A stretch of 64,000 nt of DNA from Octopus sinensis (lineage: Eukaryota), in the NCBI RefSeq assembly GCF_006345805.1, contig NC_043021.1, positions 11,594,001-11,658,000 on the forward strand. Reading direction: 5' to 3'. Both the position numbers and the translations under genes were made by a program. Shown here piece by piece: positions 53,220 through 64,000 of this stretch. The first letter of the stretch is position 1, and the number at the start of each line of letters is the position of its first letter. Below the pieces are notes generated by a model. That model had not been told where the DNA came from. It did not search any database and saw only the letters and a program-made list of their open reading frames with translations.

Positions 53220-54317
53220 TTTCCCTTTCTTTCTCTCTCTATCACTCCCGCTTCCCTCTCTCTCACTTCTGTTTCCCTCTCTCTCACCCCCTGCTTCCCT
53301 CTCTCTCACTTCTGCTTCCCTCTCCCTATCTCTCACTCCTGCTTCCCTCTCTCTCTCACCCCTGCTTCCCTCTCTCTCCTGCTCCCCCTCTCTCTCTCCT
53401 GCTCCCCCTCTCTCTCTCCTGCTCCCCCTCTCTCTCCTGCTCCCCCTCTCTCTCTCCTGCTCCCCCCTCTCTCTCTCCTGCTCCCCCCTCTCTCTCTCCT
53501 GCTTCCCTCTCCCTTACTCCTGCTTCTCCCCTCTCTCGCTCTCTCTCTCCATTCTTCTCCCCTTCTCTCTACATTTTCACTCTTTCTCTCATTCTCTAAC
53601 TTTCATTCACTTTCTCTCCTTCCCCTTCCTTCACTATCTCTCTTTCTCCCTCTGTTACTTACTTTACTCCCTCTTTTTCCCTCTCACTCTCTTGCTACAT
53701 TCTCCCTCCTCTCTATCTCTCAACACTCACCATCTTTCATACACTTTCCCTTCCTCTCCCCTCTCTCACTTTACTCCTCTCTTTCTTGCTTTATTCTCCC
53801 CTCCCCATCTGTCTACACTTTCACTCTTTCTCTTTATCTTTCCTCCGCTCTTTTTCTCTCCCTGTCTTCTCTTTCTCCATCTCCATCTCTCTCTCTCTCT
53901 CTATCTTCCTACACTCTTTTTCTCTCCCTGTCTTCTCTTTCTCCATCTCTCTCTCTCTCTATCTTTCCTACACTCTTTTTCTCTCCCTGTCTTCTCCTCT
54001 TCTTTCTCCATCCTCTCTCTCTATCTTTCCTACACTCTTTTTCTCTCCCTGTCTTCTCTTTCTCCATCTCTCTCTCTCTCTCTATCTTTCCTACACTCTT
54101 TTTCTCTCCCTGTCTTCTCTTTCTCCATCTCTCTCTCTCTCTCTATCTTTCCTACACTCTTTTTCTCTCTCCTGTCTTCTCTTCTCCCCTCTCTCTCTCT
54201 CTCTCTATCTTTCCTACACTCTTTTTCTCTCCCTGTCTTCTCTTTCTCTCCATCTCTCTCTCTCTCTCTCTCTATCTTTCCTACACTCTTTTCTCTTTTC
54301 TCTCTCTGTCTTCTCTT

Positions 54318-54349
<32 letters not shown>

Positions 54350-54715
54350 CTCTCTCTCTATTATCTTTCCTACACTCTTTTTCTCTCCCTGTCTTCTCTT
54401 TCTTTCTCCATCTCTCTCTCTCTCTCTCTATCTTTCCTACACTCTTTTTCTCTCCCTGTCTTCTCTTTCTCCATCTCTCTCTCTCTATCTATCTTTCCTA
54501 CACTCTTTTTCTCTCCTGTCTTCTCTTTCTCCATCTCTCCTCTCTCTCTCTATCTCTCTCTCTCTCTATCTTTCCTACACTCTTTTTCTCCCGTCTTCTC
54601 TTTCTCCATCTCTCTCTCTCTCCTCTCTATCTTTCCTACACTCTTTTTCTCTCCCTGTCTTCTCTTTCTCCGTCTCTCTCTCTCTCTCTCTCTCTCTACC
54701 TCTTCTTTTCTTCTT
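53220..54715. repeat. ~1.5 kb pyrimidine-rich compound minisatellite (~20 bp, then ~55-60 bp units)
   Basis: Units ctcctgctccccctctctct and tctatctttcctacactctttttctctccctgtcttctctttctccatctctctc. Confidence 0.9.
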
Positions 54716-55381
54716 ATTTCTAATAACATTGAATCTTTTTATTTGCTTTCTCCCATGAAAAAAAAAGGAAAAAAATTTTTCCAAATAAAATTTTTTTTTA
54801 AATTTCAAAACAAAATTAAACTTGAGTTTTTCATTTATTTTTGTTCAAAAAATTTTCATTTGATTCACTTCACTTGTACAACAATTGTTGGCTTTTTATG
54901 AAAGTTTGTACTGGTGGTGTTGGTGATGAATGGTAGTTGTAGTAATGGTGGCAGTGTTGTGAGGTGGTGGGGGGTGGGGTTGTAAAGTGGTTAGATGGCC
55001 ACAGCTGGGATACCTCTATTCATGCCCCCCCCCAGCTGAGTACTGAGATGACATAAGACAACCATAGTGTTTTATTGCTTGTGCAAAGTCAGGTTACCAC
55101 AAAGAAACTAAATGTTCCTAGCTACCATCCATTTTGCATCAACCCCCCCCCATCACCATCACTACCATCATCATCATCATCAATGTAAGTTTGACATTGT
55201 GATTCTATGGTACCTTTTCTTGTTGTTTTATTCTTTTATCTGTTTTTCATTAGACTGTGGCCATGCTGGGGCACCACCTTGAAGACCTTTTAGTCGAATG
55301 AATCAATCCAGTACTTTTGATTTTTTTTTTTTTTTTTGATAGCCTGATAGTTATTCCGTTGGTCTCTTTTGCCAAATCGCT

Positions 55382-55690
55382 CAGTCAAAGTCGACTCTCA
55401 GTCACTCGTTGGATCAGTGTCCTCCAGTCAGTTCTATCCTGGGCCACTTCCTTCAGATTGGCCATGTCCATTCCGGTATCACTCCTGATGGTGTCAAGAC
55501 AGCGGGTTCTTGGTCGGCCTCTTCCTCTCTTGCCACTGACCATTCCGAGCATGATGTCCTTCTCCAGGGATTTTCTCCGCATAATATGACCGAAATATGC
55601 CAATCTATGCTTGGTGATCCCAGCTACTAGCGACATTTTCGGCCTTATCTGCTTAAGAACTTCTCCATTGGTGAGCCTCGCTAAGTTACA
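55382..55690 (-). mobile_element. RTE (BovB-like) LINE ORF2 C-terminal fragment, still open
   Basis: ARLTNGEVLKQIRPKMSLVAGITKHRLAYFGHIMRRKSLEKDIMLGMVSGKRGRGRPRTRCLDTI...QDRTDWRTLIQRVTESRL carries the hallmark YFGHIMR and GKRGRGRP motifs. Confidence 0.9.
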
Positions 55691-56771
55691 AGCTGGTAAA
55701 TTCACCAACACTGGTTGTCAAGTGGTGGTGGGGGACAATGACACACACACACACACACACACATACATACATACATACATACAACAGGATTCTTTCAGTT
55801 TCCATCTACCAAATCCACTCACAAGACTTTGTTCAGCTCGAGGCTACTGTAGAAGACACTTGCCCAAGGTGTCATGCAGTGAGACTGAACCTGGAACCAT
55901 GTGGTTGGGAAGCAAGCTTCTTACCACAATTTTTGGTAATTCTGATGGACCAGAATTATATTTGGTTGGGGAGAGGGTTGCTGGGGGAGGGGCAGAAATT
56001 TATAGATTTTTCACAGTTGTAATGAAACTGATCATGCGACTCATGTAGAAACTCTTTGTTTGCAGTCTGTGTTTGTTATATGAATATTAGGTGCTGGTGT
56101 GACTGTGCGCTTAGAAAAGTTTTCTTCCCAACCACATTGTTTTGAGTTCAGCCCCACTGCATGGCACTTGGGCAAGTGTCTTCTACTGTAACCTTAGGCC
56201 AACCAGAGACATGTGAGTTGATTTGGTGGTTGAGAACTGAAAGAAGCTTGTCTTCTTCATCATCATCATCATCATTGTTTAGCATCTGCTTTCCATGCTG
56301 GCATGGGTTGGATGGTTTGACTGGGGACTGGTGAGCCAGATGGGTGCACCAGGCTCAAATCTGATCTGGCAGAGTTTCTACAGCTGAATGCCCATCCTAA
56401 TGCCAATCACTCCGGGAGTGTAGTGGGTGCTTTTACTTGCCACCGGCATGAGGGCCAGTTAGGCAGTACTGGCAACGGCCACGCTCAAATGGTGCTTTTT
56501 ATGTGCCACCTGCACTGGCAATGCCCTTGCTCGAATGTTGTTTTTCACGTACCACCGGCACAAGTGCCAGCAAGGCGACACTGGTAACGATGTGACGCTG
56601 GTAATGACATATATAATTTGATATACACAGTAATTCAAGAGCTATTAAATTAAATCAAAAGGCCCAACGCTCAAAAGGTGTTCTTTACATGCCAACAGCA
56701 CTTGGCTTGACAGGTCCTTTCAAGCACAGCACATCGCCAAACGTCTTGGTCACTATGTATGTGTGTATCTG

Positions 56772-56810
<39 letters not shown>

Positions 56811-57010
56811 CACACACACACACACATACATGCATAGGCATGACAAGGTGTGCCTGTGAGGTGAGAACCTTGCACCCAACCACATGCTTCAGGGTTCACT
56901 TCCACTCTGTGGTTCTTTGGGAAAGCTTTTTCTTTCTACTGTAACTGCAGGCCAATCAAAACCTTGTGAATGATTTTTATAGACAGAAACTGAAAGAAGC
57001 CTATCACACA

Positions 57011-57052
<42 letters not shown>

Positions 57053-57339
57053 ACACGTCTGTAAGTGGAACAGTAAAACTATGCAAGACTTTTCTGACAT
57101 TTAAACTGTGACATTGTTTTCATTATCTACATTCCAGTGGACATTTGTTAATTAAAAAAGGGAAAGGACTAATATAGTAATTAGCTGGTTGTGTGACTTA
57201 GGTTGAAGGTCCTTAGTTGGTCTGAGGATTACAACATCGTGACTTACAGATAATATGGACCTCTTGGTTAATTTTTTAAGAAGTCTCTTTCATAGATATT
57301 TCCTTTGATTGATCCATCTCCTATCAATTTCTCTGTCTC

Positions 57340-57866
57340 CTTCCATTGATTTGTCTGTCTCCTATTGATCTGTTTGTCTGTCTCCTTTTATTGATTTGTC
57401 TGTTTGTCTCCTATTGACCTGCTTGTCTGTCTCCTATTGATCTGTTTGTCTGTCTCCTATTGATCTGTTTGTCTGTCTCCTATTGATCTGTTTGTCTGTC
57501 TCCTATTGATCTATTTGTCTGTCTCCTATTGATCTGTTTGTCTGTCTCCTATTGATCTATTTGTCTGTCTCCTATTGATCTGTTTGTCTGACTCCTTTTA
57601 TTGATTTGTCTGTTTGTCTCCTATTGATCTGTTTGTCTGTCTCCTTTTATTGATTTGTCTGTTTGTCTCCTATTGATCTGCTTGTCTGTCTCCTATTGAT
57701 CTGCTTGTCTCCTATTGATCTGCTTGTCTCCTATTGACCTGCTTGTTTATCCCCTCCTATTGACCTGCTTGTCTGTCCCCTCCTATTGATCTGCTTATCT
57801 GTCCCCTCCTATTGACCTGCTTGTCTGTCCCCTCCTATTTAACCTGCTTGTCTGTCCCCTCTTATT
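57340..57866. repeat. ~22-bp minisatellite (tcctattgatctgtttgtctgtc)n
   Basis: More than 20 imperfect units. Confidence 0.9.
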
Positions 57867-59898
57867 GATTTTTCCATCTCTATATAACAATTGATCCATT
57901 CATCCCAATGGTGCTTTTCTGGCTTTCTCTCTCCCCACCGCCCATAAATCTGTTTATCCCTCCACCACCGTGTACCACCTGTCTGTCTCTAAATCTATCG
58001 ATCAGTCTACCTGTATACTCCCCCACATGCTTTCACCCCTATCCCCATCAAACACTGCCATACTCCCTCCACCCTAGCTACCATTGCCACTGTATACTAG
58101 TTTTTCAGTCTGTCTGACCCATACGGTGTAAAGTGTCTGGTTTTGGAAAATAAACAAACATCAGTAACTATAAATAAACCTTTAGAAAACAACAAAGTCA
58201 ACAAAACTTGTCCATCTGCCTCTCCTCTTCAACATAGCTAGTGCGATAGGGTTGGCTCAGATCGACCCCTACCTGTATTTTGCCTGTGATCACTGTCCCT
58301 GGACTCTTTATCTTTCTTGTCTTTTATCCTATTTCAGTTATAGGATTGCAGCCATGCTGGGGCATCACCCACCTTGAAGGGTTTGGTTAAACAAATCAAT
58401 CTCAGCATGTATTTTTTTAATGTCTGGCACTTATTTTATCGGTCTCTTTTGCTGAACTGCTAAGTTACCAGGATATAAACAAGCCAACACCATTTATCAG
58501 GAACAGTGATTTGCTTTATTTGCAAAAGGAGTGACTGATGGAGAGGTCATTATAGCGACAGATTACAAAGTATCAGGCTGTACATTTTTTTGTGACCCCC
58601 TTCGGTCAGACACTGACCATGGGTTTGCACCTAGAGAGTTACCCTCTGAGGCACAAGTCTGGGCAAGATTGTTTTTTTTTTTTTATGGAAGACCAGCAGT
58701 CGCCCATGCATACCGGCCTTCCCTCTCCACGTCACTGATGTTGTCCAAGGGAAAGGCAAGGGTCGATACAGCTTGGCACCTGTGACGTCGCAACTCATTT
58801 CTACAGCTGAGTGAACTGGAACAACGTGAAATAAAGTGTCTTGCTCAAGAACACAACACACAAGAAATCAGTAAAAAGTAAAAGCCACAAATGTTTTGTG
58901 GAGAGGCACGTTGATTTGAACTCAGAACATAAAATGAGCAAAATGCGACAAAGCATTTTACCAGGCGTGCTAACGATTCTGCCAACTTGCCGCCTTTAAT
59001 GATAAATAAAGTAATTAAATAATGGTTTCTCTCAGACCTAAAGCCACAAATGTTTGGTGGAGAGAGGCACAATCACCTGTGTCACACCCCACTCACACCG
59101 CCACACTCGTTTCTCTGCTATTTATTTTATCGATCATTTATATTTTATAAGCCATTGATTCTTCCGCCAGCATGTTATCAACCTGGCTGGCTTTGTTGTC
59201 TGTCTCCTGTTTGAAACATGTCCGATAGTCTGCCTGCTTACCTGTATGACTGTCTGTCTGTCTGTCCGTCCGTCCGGGCCACCTGCCTGTACGTCTGTCT
59301 GTTCATCTGTTATGATTGTCCTCTCTCTCTCCCTCCCTCCTCCTCCCTCTCTCCCCCCCCCTTACCACCTCTGTACACAGTCTTTCAATAGTGTCCTGTC
59401 TCCTTGGTAATATTGTTTCTTTGACTCTCTCTCTCTATCTCCTTCCTCGTGGCCACCACCCTCAGAATTTTTTTTTTTTATCTATCGATTTATCTATACA
59501 TTTCATTTCATTCAACCATCAGGCACTTATGATTACAACTATTTATTATTATTATCATCATTATTATTTCTAGGTTTTTGTAATATTTTCCCCAAAGCCT
59601 ATTGGTCACAGCTGACTTCACTTCCATACTTTGCTGTCTTACTACTACTACTACTACTACTACAATAATTATTATTACTGCTGTGACCACCATAACACAT
59701 TTTTGTTACTCCTGGTTTCTTCAGTTTTATACTGGTTAGAAACAAATAACTCTTGAATGTGAAATATATATATATATATATATATAAAATATTAATTAGA
59801 GACAAAACCACTATTATGCAAATCAAACAAAGAAAGACTTAATCCAATACATAAAAATTTTTATATAAATTAAATATAATTAAGATTAATTAAGATAT

Positions 59899-59944
59899 CC
59901 ACTACGATCGTTTCTTGTCACTTCAATGGACATTCATCAGGTGG
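59899..59944 (-). ncRNA. Minimal type-I hammerhead ribozyme motif (Penelope-like element type), nearly intact
   Basis: Minus strand reads CCAC-CTGATGA-ATGTC-CATTGAAGT-GACAA-GAAA-CGATCG-TA-GTGG. Stem I is CCAC/GTGG, core CUGAUGA, stem II TGTC/GACA, then GAAA, palindromic stem III ACGATCGT and a GUA triplet (predicted cut between 59903 and 59902). Confidence 0.75.
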
Positions 59945-60151
59945 TTTTAAGACCTTCTATGCAATTTTGATTTTCCCTGTAAATTTGGATTTATTCCCTA
60001 ATATTTATTATTATATATATATGTATATATATATATATATAAAGTGTGTATCTCTCTCTATATATAAAGTATGTGCGTGTACATATATATATATTACAGA
60101 GATGTACTTGCATAGCTAGTGACCTGATCTGAGATCGTATGCTGGAACGAA

Positions 60152-60441
60152 AACAATTGCAGCGTGGAAGGTGTTTATAAGCCATTTACGAAACACACAA
60201 AATCTGTTAGATTCACTTCAACATTTAAATTTAATTTGTCAAAATATTTTTGTCACTTTGAGTCCGCGACCTGTTCGCTGACAAAATTCCAAGATGCAGC
60301 ACGGAATTTTATCAGTGAACAGGTCGCGATCTCAAAGCGACGAAAATATTTTGACAAATTAAATTTAAATGTTGAAGTGAATCTAATGTTTTTCGTGTGT
60401 TTCGTAAATGGCTTATAAACACCTTCCATGCTGCAATTGTT
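60152..60441. repeat. Fold-back hairpin with 139-bp arms and a 12-nt spacer
   Basis: 60152-60290 is the inverse of 60303-60441 with scattered mismatches. Spacer aagatgcagcac. Confidence 0.9.
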
Positions 60442-60548
60442 ATATATATAACGGGAAGGTTTACGAAAATAAACAAAAGACGAAGGCAGGTGGAGTACAA
60501 ACAAACAAATGTATTAGTATGGCGCTCAGGAATAGAAATAGAACAAGT

Positions 60549-60584
60549 CTTTTACGTTTCGAGCCTATGCTCTTAGACAGAAAG
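60549..60584 (-). ncRNA. Degenerate hammerhead motif (core CUGUCUA) in a Penelope-like relic (~60460-60660)
   Basis: Minus strand CTTT-CTGTCTA-A-GAGC-ATAG-GCTC-GAAA-CGT-A-AAAG. All three stems pair, but the core has 2 substitutions. Confidence 0.5.
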
Positions 60585-60930
60585 ATACACTGAAAAGAAA
60601 CAAGGAGAGAAAAAAATGCGTGTAGGAGCTAACGGTCTATCATGGCGTTCTGACTTCAGGCAGAGGTCAGATGTTAGACGCTAGAGGGATAGTAGGGGAG
60701 ATAACAGGGTCAAGTGACTTCCAAAACGAAGGGTTAGACAAATATATGTTGAGGCAGTGTTTTAAACTCCAATGCCCCCCGTCACTATCGCTTGGTCTCT
60801 TATTCCACACATCTTCATAAGCGCAGAGACCGTATAATTTGTGAATTAGGGAAATGACATCACCACCACTTGTAGTTCAATATTTTTGAGGGAGCAGAAA
60901 TATAAACGAGCACTAAAACACATTCTTATA

Positions 60931-61147
60931 TGAGCAGGTGCTGAAAAGTTCCTGGCTTTAAGGGTCTCACAAAAGGCTTGGTTGGAGGCCCAACCTTCTA
61001 TGTTCTTTTACAAGGTTTAGAAAAACTGAAAGACTTCTGCAATAAGTGTGCGAATCTGAGAAGGGAATATGGTCGGTAAAATCATAATTAACTGATGCTC
61101 CTATATTTTCTTTTATCCAAAGCCATGAACTTTTCAGTATCCCCTCG
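60931..61147. mobile_element. Mariner-type MITE
   Basis: TIRs tgagcaggtgctgaaaagttcctggcttt / aaagccatgaacttttcagtatcccctcg with TA at the left end. The internal part also occurs at 26578-26715. Confidence 0.75.
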
Positions 61148-61560
61148 TGTGTGTGTATATGTGTGTGTGTGTGTTTGTATATATATCCCAACATGCATAT
61201 GTCCATGATGCAAACGATTCTACCAGCTTAATATAGCAATGACAGTTTTAATTTCAAATTTTGGCACAAGGCCAGCAATTTTGGAGGGGGCGGGGATAAG
61301 TTGATTAGATTGACCCCAGTGCTCAGCTGGTACTGATTTTATTGACCCCAAAAAGACGGAGGTCAGAGTTGACCTTGGTGGAATTTGAACTCAGAACGTA
61401 AAGATGAGCGAAATGCTGCTAAGCATTTTGCCCATCATACGATCAATTCTGCCAGCTCTCCACTTTACTGATTAATAGAACATCACTTTCAAGTTTTGAC
61501 CCAAGGCCAGCAATTTCTGGTGGGGGGGGGATAGGTTGACTAGTTCGACCCCAGTGCTGT

Positions 61561-61731
61561 AGGCATGGGAGTGGCTGTGTGGTAAGTAGTTTGCTCAGCA
61601 ACCACATGGTTCCGAGTTCAGTCCCACTGCGTGGCACCTTGGGCAAGTGTCTTCTACTATAGCCTCGGGCCGACCAAAGCCTTGTGAGTGGATTTGGTAG
61701 ACGGAAGAAGCCCGTCGTATATATGTGTGTG

Positions 61732-61766
<35 letters not shown>

Positions 61767-61980
61767 GCGTGTATGTTTGTGTGTCTGTGTTTGTCCCCCT
61801 AGCATTGCTTGACAACCGATGCTGGTGTGTTTATGTCCCCGTTACTTAGCGGTTCGGCAAAAGAGACCAATAGAATAAGTACTGGGCTTACAAAGATTAA
61901 GTCCCAGGGTCGAGTTGCTCGACTAAAGGCGGTGCTCCAGCATGGCCGCAGTCAACTGACTGAAACAAGTAAAAGAGTAA
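61561..61980 (+). mobile_element. SINE family A
   Basis: Aligns to family A. Confidence 0.85.
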
Positions 61981-62798
61981 CGAGAGAGACCGGTTCTTAT
62001 TTTATCGACCCTGGTAGAACGAAAGGGAAATTTGGACCTCGGGTGGAATTTGAATCCAGAACATAAAGACGGGTGAAATGCTGCTAAGCTAACGATGCTG
62101 TGTGCTAACGATTCTGCCAGTGTGCCACCTGATAACAATAGACTTATGAACAAGTACATGAAAGAGCAACAACTGCATAACAAAATAACAAAACAATATA
62201 AAAACAGCAACAATAAATAATAAATAGCAATAATAGGTTTTTTTCAGTCAATTTTGTCAGTTATCCAATCAATTTTTCATATTCTGTTTTAGTTGGGTTT
62301 TTTTTTATTTTTTGTCATTTTTATTTATTTTATTCATTCTCCATTGCAATCTATCATACAACCCAATCATATAATTTCAATAATACAGACCAATCATACA
62401 GTCTAATCTACTGTCCAATCAAATTGCTTGACTTTTGATTTCCTGTTTTCTTTATATTTGATTAGGTATTTTTTGTTGTTGTTTTCTCTTCTTTTTTTTT
62501 GTCCCGAATTATATGTTCACCACTCTTACACACGTGTGTATGTATATGTATGATAGACACAGATATATAATACAATAGTGTGTGTGTGTGCCTTTTATCT
62601 GTTATTTGTTTCAGTTGTTGGACTATGGTCCCATGGGGGCACTGCTTTGGAGAATTTTAGTCAGTCAAATTGAACCAAGTACTTATTTTTTTTAAAGCCT
62701 GGTGTTCATTTTATTGGTTTCTTTTGATGAACAGAGCTAGAAGGATGTAAACACACCAACACCAGATGTCAAGTGCTGGTAGTAGTAGGACAAACACA

Positions 62799-62842
<44 letters not shown>

Positions 62843-62894
62843 ACCGACCAGGCTATCAGATGTTGCTACATATCGCTAGTCACAATGCGCTTGA

Positions 62895-63265
62895 AACAAG
62901 AGCACTCAGAGAGCACAAACCTCTGCCAAGGCAACACCAATGTCCTCTCAACGATTAGCCAGAGATGATTTTTAAAATGAGAATATCTGAAATAAACTCG
63001 ACTCCTCCAACAAACAAGAATACTAAAAATGAACCCGACCACTCTCAAAAATTAAGTAAGAAAAACAGGAAAAATAATCCAGAATCCTTGTCTGGTATTG
63101 GATCGATCCCAAAATCTAATTAGTTCGTGCCAGTCATGAGGCCAAACATCCCTGAAAGTTTCATCCGAATCCATACTGCAGTTCTTGAGATATCTTGTCC
63201 ACGAACAAACAAACAAACAAAGATGACTGAAAACAATACCTCCACCTTCGCTAAGACAGAGGTAA
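62895..63265 (+). mobile_element. Candidate Helentron-associated (HINE/DINE-1-like) non-autonomous element
   Basis: 5' aacaagagcactcagagagc..acctctgccaagg, internal (aaac)n, and a 3' stem-loop acctccaccttcgctaagacagaggt. Family assignment is from recalled architecture. Confidence 0.5.
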
Positions 63266-63650
63266 TAAAATCGAATAACAATGATAGTTGTTTCATTCTT
63301 GAAATTAAAATGCAAAAAAAAAAAAAAAAATTCTCTTCAGTGTTTCGGACATAAGTCCTTCATTACACAGGAAAGGAAAGCAAACAGCTAGAGAAAAATT
63401 GTAAAGAAACAAAGGGGAAGACCGTTAAGGCAGAAACACTACATGTAGTTATAGCTTGGCATTATCTTGGAGAATGGTTTCAAAGCATAAAAATTTTCCA
63501 CCATGTTGGTGGAGAAAAAAAGCTTAACTCTCAGTTACTATATTTCAGTCGAAATTTGCTACCTTCATTTTAATTAATTTTGAAACTAATTTAGTAGAAT
63601 TTTAGTAAAATAACTTTGTTATTAAGCTGTTTAAAAAAAATTTTTTTTAA

Positions 63651-63870
63651 CCCTTTAGTGTTCGCATTATTCTGCCAAAATTAATGCTTCTTCATCTACA
63701 TTGTTTTGAATTAATCATGCATTATCTTGTAGCTATGAGATTTTGATGAGGTAGCTGTTAATTTTTTAAACAATATTGTAGGGTTGGTGTGAGAGACCAG
63801 ATCTGGCCAGTTTGAACATAAAACAGGCAGAATATTTTTGGCCAGATATGGCCGTTTAAATGCTAAAGGG
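63651..63870. mobile_element. piggyBac-type MITE family 1 (~220 bp), complete
   Basis: TTAA|CCCTTTAG...CTAAAGGG|TTAA. Confidence 0.8.
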
Positions 63871-64000
63871 TTAATATGGTTTAGCATGGAATTGATGGGT
63901 GATTTTAATTAAAATCATTAGTTAAACAGGAAATTTGAATCATAGAACCTTGGGGGCTTTTTTCAGGCGGATTGGTATTAAAAGGGTTAGGGTTGTGCAT

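Noticed and set aside
53209-54723. 504-aa and 371-aa ORFs
   Set aside because: Translations of a C/T minisatellite that lacks stop codons by composition (L/S/F/P only).

Overview
AT-rich, repeat-saturated animal genomic DNA. The SINE, MITE and microsatellite content matches what I recall for Octopus (coleoid cephalopod); this assignment is an inference. The only host gene I can recognise is the first coding exon of an ANKRD13-family gene (+, 44687-44821). It is followed by an intron of more than 19 kb that runs off the window and contains a 100-N assembly gap. The rest is a mosaic of tRNA-derived SINEs (at least 5 families), 3' relics of RTE, CR1 and probable Tx1 LINEs, Tc1/mariner and DD37D (maT) fragments, TTAA-flanked piggyBac-type MITEs (single and in tandem arrays), a non-autonomous Helitron, HINE-like elements, a large fold-back MITE with a telomeric-repeat core, and long simple repeats. 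Simple repeats account for all the long ORFs in the ORF track. The most notable signal, invisible in the ORF track, is seven minimal type-I hammerhead-ribozyme-like motifs with palindromic stem III, typical of Penelope-like elements. One is nearly intact (59899-59944, minus). Two sit in the 3' part of a tRNA-headed SINE, an architecture resembling Schistosoma Sm-alpha. Fold-back hairpins occur in similar (AT)n-flanked relics, two of them with 12-nt spacers. No CRISPR array, intact transposase or RT ORF, rRNA or genuine tRNA gene was found.
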